A stretch of DNA of 64,000 nucleotides from a virus. Numbering within the stretch: the first letter of the stretch is position 1; every line of letters starts with the position of its first letter. The DNA lies in the IMG/VR virus record IMGVR_UViG_3300043395_001970, positions 1-64,000 of that record; one strand, given 5' to 3'. Below, piece after piece: positions 19,924 through 29,107 of this stretch. Under the pieces are notes generated by a model. The model made no database searches. It was not told the origin of the DNA and saw nothing but the letters and a program-made list of their open reading frames with translations. A program made the translations under genes and the position numbers.

Positions 19924-20678
19924 TTTATCGGGTCCATTTTATAAACTTCATCAATAATATCTAATTCTACCTTCGGATATGGTAAGACCTCATGTTTAAG
20001 CGATTTTAAGAGTGCTTTACGTTCCTTCTTATCTTTGGTTAGAATGTACACATATCGGTGCTTACGGGGTTCTCTTTTAATCCAGAATGGGCTTGTAACC
20101 ATTGTCTGAATTATCTTTGGGTCATTCGTTCCGTACTTCACATAGGATGTTCGAGAATGATGCCATTCATCATCCTCACTCCATTTGAAACTCCAACTAT
20201 CTGACCATCTGATTTTGTTACCCTGATATATCCAATTGGTAGCTTGATATACCGTTCCTAAGTGTCCAGCGTTTGGGTCTGAATAAGATATTAGTGCTTT
20301 GATGTGTAGTGCGTTTTCTCTTAACCAATCAAATGTTCTTCCAACAAACCAGCTCTCAATATTACTACCATACCCATCAAATACAAAAAGGCGTGTCAAT
20401 TCTAACACACCATCTCTTGGTAGTAATTCAGAAATAGATGCACCTGCATTTCTACCAACCGGGTCACCATAACAGGCAACTCCAACTAACTTTTCATTTA
20501 CACCACTAAAAAAAGAATGTTCTTCATCAGACATATAAAATAATCCTATGGCATAGGATACCTTTGTCCATATACCACTATAATGGTTATTGACAATAAT
20601 ATCCTTTGCTATATTCTTATTGATTTCTCTTATTGAGAATTTGGATATGTCACAATATTGTTTACCTTCTACTTTCAT
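19905..20678 (-). CDS. Mom-like (GNAT-fold) DNA base modification protein, paralogue 2
   Basis: NHYS, LVGVACYG.P, LELTRL, NIESW, ISYSDP..GH.G.VYQATNW.Y.G, KHRY. Confidence 0.88.
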   Translation of the reverse strand: MKVEGKQYCDISKFSIREINKNIAKDIIVNNHYSGIWTKVSYAIGLFYMSDEEHSFFSGVNEKLVGVACYGDPVGRNAGASISELLPRDGVLELTRLFVFDGYGSNIESWFVGRTFDWLRENALHIKALISYSDPNAGHLGTVYQATNWIYQGNKIRWSDSWSFKWSEDDEWHHSRTSYVKYGTNDPKIIQTMVTSPFWIKREPRKHRYVYILTKDKKERKALLKSLKHEVLPYPKVELDIIDEVYKMDPINLVDSK

Positions 20679-20878
20679 AAGCTACCAGACCAAAATTCAT
20701 TTAGATGTGCCCAAGTTTTACGTTGGATTATCTTCATTACATTGGCTGGAGAAACTTTATTGTTTCGCGCAATCACCTTTATATTTCGGTGACCCATACT
20801 CCATAATCTTCTGATGTTTAGAACTTGCTCATCTGTCAACTTTGCAGCTGGATGAGTTTGTCCTCTTAAAATAGCCAT
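20675..20878 (-). CDS. Small helix-turn-helix DNA-binding protein
   Basis: G.THP.AKLT.EQV..IR ... IA...VS...V..I...KTW.H, the HTH module usually seen at the C-terminus of HNH homing endonucleases. Confidence 0.75.
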   Translation of the reverse strand: MAILRGQTHPAAKLTDEQVLNIRRLWSMGHRNIKVIARNNKVSPANVMKIIQRKTWAHLNEFWSGSL

Positions 20879-20897
20879 GTAACCTTTATTATTAAAT

Positions 20898-21164
20898 TTA
20901 TTTTATTGCTTCGTTGATAGCATTTTTGTAAGCCATCTTTGAAGTTAGGCCTTGAAATCTTTCAATTATCACACCATCTTTTTCAACAACTACCAATGGA
21001 ATTGATGTTACACTATATTGTTGTGCTTCATTTGGAGAATTATCTACATCATATTCAATGAAAGTTGCCTGTCCATTAAATTCTTCTTTTAATTGTTCCA
21101 AAACAGGTTTTAGCATTCTGCATGGTCCACACCATTCTGCTCCAAATTTTTTAATCGTTACCAT
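20898..21164 (-). CDS. Thioredoxin
   Basis: WCGPC active site and cis-Pro SIP. Confidence 0.95.
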   Translation of the reverse strand: MVTIKKFGAEWCGPCRMLKPVLEQLKEEFNGQATFIEYDVDNSPNEAQQYSVTSIPLVVVEKDGVIIERFQGLTSKMAYKNAINEAIK

Positions 21165-21375
21165 TTTCTAAGTGTTTAAATTGTTTTTCTATTTTTATGT
21201 TACCAGCCTCATGCTTTGGTTCGTAAGGACAGTGTCTACATCCACTTCCACAACAGTAGCCACGCTCTATGTGGTATTGTGGAGTAAACACAATCCTACT
21301 ACCCTCAAAGTAATACAGCTCCTCTCTTTCTTTATTTAACTTCACAAGCTCCTCCTGCACACGCAGCCTCCGCAC
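21151..21375 (-). CDS. Small Cys-rich protein (DUF5522-like); true start is probably internal
   Basis: VFT..YH..RGYCCGSGCRHCPY. Confidence 0.75.
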   Translation of the reverse strand: MRRLRVQEELVKLNKEREELYYFEGSRIVFTPQYHIERGYCCGSGCRHCPYEPKHEAGNIKIEKQFKHLENGND

Positions 21376-23188
21376 TCAAGTCGGTGTTATCTTCCAACTC
21401 TATAACTTTACTTAAATCAACATCTGATAATGTTTTTAAAAGTTCTTCGTATTTTTCTTTTGTACAATCTTCAAATGGTGCTTGAATATAAGTTCCACCA
21501 TCATAAGGTAATACTGATAATCCGTTGTAGAAATCTTTATTTTCCCACATCCATTCACCAACTGCTTTCCACTCATGCTCTCTGATAGAAATTGTAGCAG
21601 ATACGTTGTGTGTATTGTTACCACTTCTATGGCCAGGCTTAACCCACTCACCATGCACCTTCTTAACTCTTTCTAAAAGTTGAAGTGGTGATTCGGTTCT
21701 AAAGATTGAACCTTCCGGTGCTTTTTGTGGAATACCAATTACTGCGGTATCATGTGGTCTAAAGTATTCATCTTCTACCAATTCAGGATGATGCAATACT
21801 AAGTGTGAATAGATACTTTCGTTTTTACCTACTCTTACTCTACGAATGTAATACTCATTGTGCCAAGCGTGAATACCAGATGATGTACCCAAAGTTAATG
21901 ATGTAGTTCCAGCAGGCTTTACAGTTGTACATCTTGCTGAAGCGTTGATACCAATTATTTCCGCTACTCTTTTATTTTCTTCTTTCACAACTTTAGCTGC
22001 TGCTTTCATATCATGCTTTAGAATAGCACCACTACCAATACCTGTCATAGATACACCAATAAGTGCATCCTTTTCAGTTGTTCTTTGCCAAATTGGTCTT
22101 AGGTAATGGAAATCAGTATAGCCGGCTTGTAATGTTCCGATGAATGATGCTGCTTTTACTCTAGCTTCTAAATCAGCTTGGTCTATAATATCACTTACAT
22201 TTACTTCACATAAGTTACAAAACTGATAAGGTCTTAATGCAATCTCACAACAAGGATTAGTTCCCCAATCTTTATCGTTTGATAAGTAGATACCAGGTTC
22301 ACCTGCTCCACTTGCTTCAATTCTTTTCCACAAATCCATAAAGTATTCTTTTGTGATTTTGTGTCTCATCAATACTGCTGAGTTGTTTGCTCTACCTCTT
22401 TGTGGATTTGTTTCCCACCATGCACCACTCTTACAACTAATCATCTTCTCATCGGTTGCTGAGAATAATGAAATAAGAGCTGCTCTACGAATACCACCTG
22501 CTAATACAGCATCAGCGATGTGGCAAATAATATCATGCACTTCAATTGGTTCTAATTTATCACCATCTTTGTGTGCATCTAAAATACCTTCTACTTTAAT
22601 CAAACACTCTTTAAGTGGTTGTGGACCAGGTGCTTTACCACCCGATGTAATTAATCTTGCTCCTTTTGGTCTAATATCTCTGAAATCAAATACAGGCTTA
22701 CTACCACCAAAGAAATAAGCTTTTACCAGTACCTGTACTGCATCTGCCCAACCTTCAATAGAATCACCTACTAAAAATCTTCTTGTCTTATCAGCGTTTG
22801 GTTTTCTGATTTCAGGCAATTGGTCTACATGATGTTTTTGAACTGAATAACCTACACCAGTACCACCCAATAATAAGAACATAATTTCTGCAAATACTCT
22901 CCAATCATCAGCTGGTGCGAATGCACAATTATAAATTCTATTTGGGGAAATTTCAATTGGTTTGCCTGCAAATTGCATAGAACGCATTGAAGGTAAAACC
23001 TTTTTATCGTACACAAATTTGTAGTTCTCTTTAATCTCTTTCTTTAAGTTTGGATACTTCTTAATATGCATTTCCATATTACGAGTTACCAATTCTTCCC
23101 ATGTTTCCCTTCTTTGTAATTCAGGAACGTACTTAGCGTATTTCATATACACTGTAATGTCCGATAAAATTTTTGTTGAAATGTCCAT
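21332..23188 (-). CDS. nrdJ: Class II (adenosylcobalamin-dependent) ribonucleotide reductase
   Basis: RRETW.E..R, LPSMR, NCAF, GTGVGYS, RRAALI, NPCCEI, TVKPAGT and C-terminal ACAGGAC. Confidence 0.92.
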   Translation of the reverse strand: MDISTKILSDITVYMKYAKYVPELQRRETWEELVTRNMEMHIKKYPNLKKEIKENYKFVYDKKVLPSMRSMQFAGKPIEISPNRIYNCAFAPADDWRVFAEIMFLLLGGTGVGYSVQKHHVDQLPEIRKPNADKTRRFLVGDSIEGWADAVQVLVKAYFFGGSKPVFDFRDIRPKGARLITSGGKAPGPQPLKECLIKVEGILDAHKDGDKLEPIEVHDIICHIADAVLAGGIRRAALISLFSATDEKMISCKSGAWWETNPQRGRANNSAVLMRHKITKEYFMDLWKRIEASGAGEPGIYLSNDKDWGTNPCCEIALRPYQFCNLCEVNVSDIIDQADLEARVKAASFIGTLQAGYTDFHYLRPIWQRTTEKDALIGVSMTGIGSGAILKHDMKAAAKVVKEENKRVAEIIGINASARCTTVKPAGTTSLTLGTSSGIHAWHNEYYIRRVRVGKNESIYSHLVLHHPELVEDEYFRPHDTAVIGIPQKAPEGSIFRTESPLQLLERVKKVHGEWVKPGHRSGNNTHNVSATISIREHEWKAVGEWMWENKDFYNGLSVLPYDGGTYIQAPFEDCTKEKYEELLKTLSDVDLSKVIELEDNTDLSAEAACAGGACEVK

Positions 23189-23352
23189 AATTGTTTAAAT
23201 GTTAAAATGTGAGTAAATATTTTTTCAGGAAAACCTGAAAATAAAAAAATAAATATGTGGTCACTCACCAAACAACATACTTTTGTGGATAAAAAATCCA
23301 CTTTTTTTAAAATATTTTTAGGTGTCAACAACTGACCCTATTAAAACATATG

Positions 23353-23373
23353 AAAGGGGAGAGTTACTCCCCT
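23353..23373 (-). terminator. Hairpin/terminator after the histone-like gene
   Basis: AGGGGAG-N5-CTCCCCT stem immediately after the stop codon; short U tail. Confidence 0.55.
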
Positions 23374-23377
23374 ATCA

Positions 23378-23551
23378 TTATGCTGCCTTTTGCTCTTCTG
23401 TTGAAGCTTTCTTATACGCGGTTACTAATTTCTTCAACTCACCAATTGCTTTTCTAGCTCTTGCTTTGTTTACTTTCTTAGTACCATTGTGCTCAGTTTC
23501 AAAAGTTGTGAATAGAGCTTTCATTTTTTCGAATAGTTCTTGACTGTTCAT
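23378..23551 (-). CDS. Histone H1-like (Hc1-type) small basic protein (missing from the ORF track)
   Basis: Manual translation MNSQELFEKMKALFTTFETEHNGTKKVNKARARKAIGELKKLVTAYKKASTEEQKAA (57 aa); the RARKA..EL.K...Y.K.S pattern matches Bacteroidota Hc1-like proteins. Confidence 0.78.
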   Translation of the reverse strand: MNSQELFEKMKALFTTFETEHNGTKKVNKARARKAIGELKKLVTAYKKASTEEQKAA

Positions 23552-23570
23552 AGTTTTTGTTTTTAAATGT

Positions 23571-24965
23571 TTATCCTAATCCCGTATTGGTATTTGTTTT
23601 ATTACCAATCGGCATTGCTTCCATATACTTTTTATGTAACAATTGTCTTTCCATTTCGGCACCATTTGCACTTTCCTTAGTTGCTATCATTCCATCTGGC
23701 GATGTTGCTGTGTAAACATCTAAAGTACCATGCGTAGTATCCATCTTCGCTGGGAAGGTGATACCATCTTGTCCGAAACGATTCTTCATAATATGCACCC
23801 TAGCGGTATTGTTCAATTTATCTTTAGCTTTTCTACTCAAACTCATAATAAAATCTGCGTTCATTACTTTAGCGTAAGAATCTGCAATCTTATCTGCTTC
23901 AATAACTTCCGAATCAATTGCTGAACGATTGGTTTGCGATGCTGTCCAAATTGGAATTCCTAACTCACCACTCATTCCTCTTAAATCAATATACACACCA
24001 CCTTGCTCAGCGTATGTACTATCGGTTTTGTTAGAATGTGATAATAGTAAATCGGCGTAATCCACAATAACTAAATCGGGCTTATTACCGGCTGCCATCA
24101 TCTTTTCTAAATGAGCTTGAATTGTTTTTGAACTTGCTGCTTTAGGTGGGAAGTATTTTATTTTGAGTTTACCTCTCAACTTCTTTAATGCGGAAAGTAC
24201 TTGTTCTTTTTTCTCTGCTAAATCATGCGATGCTATGTGTGAGAATACGGTATCGTATCTCAAACCAACATACTCTTGTGATAATTCCAAAGAATAATGT
24301 GCAACGGTCATACCAGCTCTTACAGCGGCTGCTCCTAAAGCACATAATACCCAAGTCTTACCAACACCAGAAGGTGCTACTACCACTCCTAATTCGCCAG
24401 GTCCTAAACCACCATTCATTAATTCGTTGATACATTCCCAATCAGTTGGTACAGTATCACGTTTTGTTTCATCGTATCTCTTTTCAAAATCAATAAGATA
24501 ATCCATTCCCAAATCTGAATCAACACCTACTTTCATTGCCTTATCAACCAAGTCTTTGATTTTATCATAGTTGCCCGATTTCAACAAATCAATAGATTGT
24601 ACAATTACATTCTTTAAGTTTTGGTTTATACAAAATGATGTGAACTCATCTTTGATATATGCTAAATCAGTATTACCAATTTGTCCATATACTTCTTTGA
24701 GTTGAGTTACGATTGTCTTTTGTAGAGATTGGTTTTCAAGTTTAGATACTTGAACTTTGAATACATCTAACGAAGGTACTTTATTGTAATCTTTATGATG
24801 CGATACAATTTCATCCACTATCCATTTATTTGCTTCGGATTCAAAGAACTTCTTATGGATTACATCTGAAAGTGTATCCATCATTCGTTCATCCGTAAGC
24901 AAAGCAGATATTACTTTGGTCTGAAATGATTGCCCATATTTTGAAAGTGTATCTTCGCTGTGCAT
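23571..24965 (-). CDS. Replicative DnaB-like helicase (T4 gp41-like)
   Basis: APSGVGKT, YSLE, VDYADL, WTASQTNR, MKNRFG. Confidence 0.95.
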   Translation of the reverse strand: MHSEDTLSKYGQSFQTKVISALLTDERMMDTLSDVIHKKFFESEANKWIVDEIVSHHKDYNKVPSLDVFKVQVSKLENQSLQKTIVTQLKEVYGQIGNTDLAYIKDEFTSFCINQNLKNVIVQSIDLLKSGNYDKIKDLVDKAMKVGVDSDLGMDYLIDFEKRYDETKRDTVPTDWECINELMNGGLGPGELGVVVAPSGVGKTWVLCALGAAAVRAGMTVAHYSLELSQEYVGLRYDTVFSHIASHDLAEKKEQVLSALKKLRGKLKIKYFPPKAASSKTIQAHLEKMMAAGNKPDLVIVDYADLLLSHSNKTDSTYAEQGGVYIDLRGMSGELGIPIWTASQTNRSAIDSEVIEADKIADSYAKVMNADFIMSLSRKAKDKLNNTARVHIMKNRFGQDGITFPAKMDTTHGTLDVYTATSPDGMIATKESANGAEMERQLLHKKYMEAMPIGNKTNTNTGLG

Positions 24966-24980
24966 AATTTAATTGGTTTA

Positions 24981-25012
24981 CAAATATACAACAATTTAGT
25001 GATTACACCAAA
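24981..25012 (-). promoter_or_regulatory. Bacteroidota-type sigma promoter
   Basis: TTTG-N20-TATATTTG upstream of the helicase. Confidence 0.82.
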
Positions 25013-26056
25013 TTATTTTACTATTATATTTGTATAAGTTGATTTTAACCAATCGTTTATGTCTTTCCAGTTCTGAAGGATTTTATACTTCATAGCGGCT
25101 TTGATAAATTCCATCTTATCAAACTTTTTGTTTGGTTCAGCGAATCTATCATTTATTTTCAACTTCGTATTTGTATTGATATGTGGTTCTTGCAATTGCA
25201 TGATTTGTCTATTTCGTAACACATCATTTTTTGATGCAAGTATATCTTCATAGATTTTGGCTTCTCCCTTTTTATCTTCACATATTTGAAAGAACTCATC
25301 AAAAGTTATTTCTCTATCTTCAGTTAATTCAGGAAATCTTTTAAGAACAGTCTTTAATCCACATCCCTTAACGCCAGGCACATTATCAGAGTTATCTCCA
25401 TCTAATGTTCTGAATAGTAAAAGGTTTTGTGGATACAATCCATATTCTTCTTTAACCATTTCTCTATTGTAAAGTTTCTTTTTAGTTGGTGAATAGACAA
25501 ATGTCTTTTCATCCACTAATTGTAAAAAATCTTTATCGGTAGAAACAATGAAACATTCTTCACCTTCACCAAGCACATGCTTAGCAATGTGTCCAATTAC
25601 ATCATCTGCTTCTATACCATCATATATCATTGTAGTGATTGGTAAACTATCTAATAGGTCTACTAACCACACAAATTGTCTTTTCATTGAAAGTTGCTCA
25701 TCTTCTTGAGACATCATTTCTGGGTATTGTCTATTAACCCTAAAACGATTCTTACCTCTATCAGCTTTATATCCTTCAAACAATTCTTTCCTACCTTTAG
25801 AACCACCCTTACCATCAAAGGTTAAGATAACTCTAGTTGGATTGAATTGGCGGATTGAATATCCGATTGAATTTAGTGAACCAATAACTCCACCCGTATG
25901 GTCACCATCCTCATTCATTGTGGGGTTGGTAGTCCAGCTACGGATGAAGGTATTGAGTCCATCTATGATAAGAACTCTACCATTCCTCACCCTTTGGATG
26001 TTGGCAGTATGTTCTACTTCTACTTCATTAAGTAATTGTTTGTAAAGTTCTTTCAT
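25013..26056 (-). CDS. 5'-3' exonuclease / flap endonuclease (T4 RNase H-like)
   Basis: IIDGLN, FDG, YKADR, EADDVIG, STDKDFLQL, GDNSDNVPGVKG.G.KT. Confidence 0.95.
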   Translation of the reverse strand: MKELYKQLLNEVEVEHTANIQRVRNGRVLIIDGLNTFIRSWTTNPTMNEDGDHTGGVIGSLNSIGYSIRQFNPTRVILTFDGKGGSKGRKELFEGYKADRGKNRFRVNRQYPEMMSQEDEQLSMKRQFVWLVDLLDSLPITTMIYDGIEADDVIGHIAKHVLGEGEECFIVSTDKDFLQLVDEKTFVYSPTKKKLYNREMVKEEYGLYPQNLLLFRTLDGDNSDNVPGVKGCGLKTVLKRFPELTEDREITFDEFFQICEDKKGEAKIYEDILASKNDVLRNRQIMQLQEPHINTNTKLKINDRFAEPNKKFDKMEFIKAAMKYKILQNWKDINDWLKSTYTNIIVK

Positions 26057-26071
26057 TTTTTGTAACCTTTA

Positions 26072-27193
26072 TTAATCACCTATTACTTCTGAGTCTGTCA
26101 CCAAACTATCAGTATCAAGTGAATCTTTTTTGTATTGTGAAATTGTTGCTTCGCAAATCCTTTTATAGATTTGCTCCCTAACTTCATTGTTAGCATCTAA
26201 CGTTGAAGGGAAATCTTTGGATTGGAATTTAATCACTTCACCAGTATCAATATCAGTATATTCATACCAAGCTCCTGATTGTTTTACAATACCATTGTCC
26301 TTCATTATTGCTAACCAAGCTCCATAGTTATCAATTCCTCTGTCAAAGAAGATATCGAAATCGGCGGAACGTAACGGCGGTCCCATCCTATTCTTTACTA
26401 CCTGACAACGTACTTTGATACCTACGATTCTTTCGTTACCATTCTCCTTAGCCTTAATAGTTCCCATACTCTTTAATCTCAAACGAACTGAAGCATGGAA
26501 AGCGATTGCTTTACCACCACTTGTTGTCCAAGGGTCAGAGAAAGGCATTGCGTTCATTTTCTGTCTTAACTGATTTGTGAAAACCAATGTGATTTTCTGT
26601 CTACCAATTAAGTTAGTGATTTTACGCATTGCTTTGGAAATAATGATTGCCTTATCGGTAGCGTAACCATCTTTACCATAATCTGCTTCCATTTCTTTTT
26701 CAGTAGATGCGGCGGCAACGGAATCCACCACAATCGTTACATACTTATCTTTGGATTGCGTTCTTACTTTTTCGATGATTGTTTCGGTGTACTCAAAACA
26801 TTGTTCAACAGTCTCAGCTGCTACATACAACATCTTAGATACATCAACTCCGATAGCTTCTAAGAACTCTCTACTTACGGCATTTTCAGTATCAATCAAC
26901 ACAGCGATACCACCTAACTTTTGTGTTTCGGCAAGTAAGTGTGCTGAAAGTAATGATTTACCACTTTGCTCAAGTCCTGTCACTTCGGTAATTCTACCAA
27001 CAGGCAAACCACCATAAGGTCTATTGGAAATAGCAACGTCCAACAACGATGCTCCGGTTGAAATCCAACCATCTACATTTGTTGGTGCTTCATCAGAATC
27101 CAAAAAGAATGCTACTCTTTGGTCCTTTGATTGTTTGTTTAGTGACTCGGCCAGCACTGCTGCCAAATCAACTTCTTTAGTTGCTTTTGCCAT
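26072..27193 (-). CDS. uvsX: RecA/UvsX recombinase
   Basis: GGLPVGRITE.TG.EQSGKS, IDTE, VVDSVAA, FTNQLR, TSGGKA..FHASVR, VKNR. Confidence 0.95.
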   Translation of the reverse strand: MAKATKEVDLAAVLAESLNKQSKDQRVAFFLDSDEAPTNVDGWISTGASLLDVAISNRPYGGLPVGRITEVTGLEQSGKSLLSAHLLAETQKLGGIAVLIDTENAVSREFLEAIGVDVSKMLYVAAETVEQCFEYTETIIEKVRTQSKDKYVTIVVDSVAAASTEKEMEADYGKDGYATDKAIIISKAMRKITNLIGRQKITLVFTNQLRQKMNAMPFSDPWTTSGGKAIAFHASVRLRLKSMGTIKAKENGNERIVGIKVRCQVVKNRMGPPLRSADFDIFFDRGIDNYGAWLAIMKDNGIVKQSGAWYEYTDIDTGEVIKFQSKDFPSTLDANNEVREQIYKRICEATISQYKKDSLDTDSLVTDSEVIGD

Positions 27194-27210
27194 ATTCTTT
27201 ATAACTTATT

Positions 27211-28032
27211 TTATGAATTGAAAAGGTCATCAAATGCTGCTGCTACATCATCTAATTTCTTAGCTGGTGCTGCCGCTGGTTTTGATGGAGTTGTATCAAA
27301 TGGTGCGTCATCCTCATCTTTCGCTGTTGAAGAAAGGGTTTCAGCTGATGCTGATTTCTCATCTTCAGAAGCTGCGTTAGATGGGTTTAACCAACCTTCT
27401 AATACATTCTTCAATTCTGCATAAGTTAATTCAGAATAAAGTTCGGTGATTTCTTTTTGCTCAGAAAGAAACTTATCATTTTCAGCTTTAGTTGTTGCTA
27501 ATGGTGTTTCTTTTGGCTTAACACGAATTGTTGTTACAGGGTAAGAAGTACCACTGTCTTCTGCGGATACAACTTCAACGGTAATATCTCTACCAGTTTC
27601 AGGATCGGTAATATCACCATAATCAGGATCAGCCATATAACCAAGAATTTCTTGATATACAGTTTTACCAAAGCCCCAGAATCTTACACCTTCACCTTCC
27701 TCACCTCTTACCAATACTGGTACGAAGGTTCTAAGTTTCGGCTCCATTTTCTTTGCAGCTTTCCAATCTTCCTTATCACCCATTCTTTTAAGTTTATCAG
27801 CAAACTCAACGATTGGGTCAGGTCTGCCAAAACTCATTGGAGATAAGTAAGTTTTGTTGTTGATGTTGTAGTGAAAATAAAGTTCAATAAAAGGATTCTC
27901 TTTATTGAATTTGTACGGCACCAATCTGATTGTGTGTTTGCCTGGTGCTGGCTTCCAAAGTTCTACTGTGGTTCTTTGGGTGTTTTGCAGTTTGTTAAGT
28001 CTGCTCTTAATTGCGTCTAAATTAATAGCCAT
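27211..28032 (-). CDS. Single-stranded DNA-binding protein (T4 gp32-like)
   Basis: IRLVP, PF..YFHY, W.FGKTVY, DITDPETG.D and an acidic C-terminus ending FDDLFNS. Confidence 0.9.
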   Translation of the reverse strand: MAINLDAIKSRLNKLQNTQRTTVELWKPAPGKHTIRLVPYKFNKENPFIELYFHYNINNKTYLSPMSFGRPDPIVEFADKLKRMGDKEDWKAAKKMEPKLRTFVPVLVRGEEGEGVRFWGFGKTVYQEILGYMADPDYGDITDPETGRDITVEVVSAEDSGTSYPVTTIRVKPKETPLATTKAENDKFLSEQKEITELYSELTYAELKNVLEGWLNPSNAASEDEKSASAETLSSTAKDEDDAPFDTTPSKPAAAPAKKLDDVAAAFDDLFNS

Positions 28033-28138
28033 TTTCTTTTAAGTTTTAAGAGTTTAAGTTTTAAAACGTTTATGTTTTAAGGTTGGATTATAGTGTCTTT
28101 CCTACACTTCCGTTACACATATAAATATAAAGGAGATA

Positions 28139-28239
28139 CAAATATACAACAAATTTCTGAGATTTCCAAATCTTTTTTTGCGGTATATTTTATCATAAAA
28201 GATGTAACAAATATAGGAAAAATTTGTGACAAATCCAAA
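28139..28239 (-). promoter_or_regulatory. Two tandem Bacteroidota-type promoters upstream of SSB
   Basis: TTTG-N20-TATATTTG at 28139-28170 and again at 28208-28239. Confidence 0.82.
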
Positions 28240-28240
28240 T

Positions 28241-28266
28241 AAAAAAGGGAGTATTTAACTCCCCTT
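28241..28266 (-). terminator. Intrinsic terminator after the endolysin
   Basis: Minus strand GGGAGT-N5-ACTCCC followed by TTTTTT. Confidence 0.75.
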
Positions 28267-28269
28267 CTT

Positions 28270-29100
28270 TTATGCTAACAAATGATAGTATTCTTTAAAG
28301 TGTTTTATACGGTCTGCCAATCCAATTGTACCACCATTTACTCTTTTAGTAATAGATGTTACTACCGCATCGGTTGCACCACCATCAGCCATTATATGTA
28401 ATTTATTCTTATTGAAGAACCATGCTGCTGAAAGTAAAGCATATTTAGATGCTACTACATCAGGATTAGATGGAATATCTTCACCGATTGCTTTACCAAA
28501 TGCGGTATAGTTATCCTTTCCTGTCAATTGGATATAACCACGTCCTCTGAATTTGTAGCCTTCGCCACTCGCCTCATCACCATTACCCATACGAGATGCA
28601 TATACTTTATTTGCAATCTTTTGTGGGTTTCTTTGATATGCGTTTGCTATAGCTTCAGTTGGGAAATACTTTTTGAATATACCCATTAAACCTTTTGCTG
28701 AATAGTTTAAGTTTTCTTGCGTTGCTTTGAATCCGCCACTCTCATGTCCACATTGTGCTAAGAAGTGTGCCAATCTTAATGGAGTGTTAATTTGGAATTT
28801 AGCTGCCGTATCAGGAATCATTGCGATTACTGCATCTGGAATATGACCTTTTAATTTATCTAATTTCAATCCACCAACAGGTGCAATAGGTGCAGGTGGT
28901 GCAGGCGCTGGTGTGTTTTCACCCATAATTTTTGCCCAGGTTCCATCTCCTACAATACCATCAGGATTTAATCCATTTTTTAATTGAAATGCTTTTACAG
29001 CTTCTTCAGTTTTTGGACCGTAGTTTCCTATTGGTTCTAAACCTAATTTTGTTTGTAGTTGTTTAACGTGTTCGTTATTATCACCTCTTTTTAATAACAT
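28270..29100 (-). CDS. Endolysin: peptidoglycan-binding domain plus GH19 lysozyme/chitinase domain
   Basis: LKRGD..VKQLQ..FQ..GL..DGIVG; FLAQCGHESGG, ENLNYS, FRGRGYIQLTG..NY, VNGG..GL.DR. The start is more likely the MLLKRG ATG at 29100. Confidence 0.93.
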   Translation of the reverse strand: MLLKRGDNNEHVKQLQTKLGLEPIGNYGPKTEEAVKAFQLKNGLNPDGIVGDGTWAKIMGENTPAPAPPAPIAPVGGLKLDKLKGHIPDAVIAMIPDTAAKFQINTPLRLAHFLAQCGHESGGFKATQENLNYSAKGLMGIFKKYFPTEAIANAYQRNPQKIANKVYASRMGNGDEASGEGYKFRGRGYIQLTGKDNYTAFGKAIGEDIPSNPDVVASKYALLSAAWFFNKNKLHIMADGGATDAVVTSITKRVNGGTIGLADRIKHFKEYYHLLA

Positions 29101-29107
29101 CCTAATA

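Noticed and set aside
20675-20878. Homing endonuclease or intron
   Set aside because: Only the HTH module is present with no HNH catalytic domain; PolB, NrdJ, helicase and RecA are uninterrupted, with no inteins or introns seen.
23189-23340. Cobalamin riboswitch upstream of nrdJ
   Set aside because: No recognisable B12-box, and the region is short and very AT-rich.
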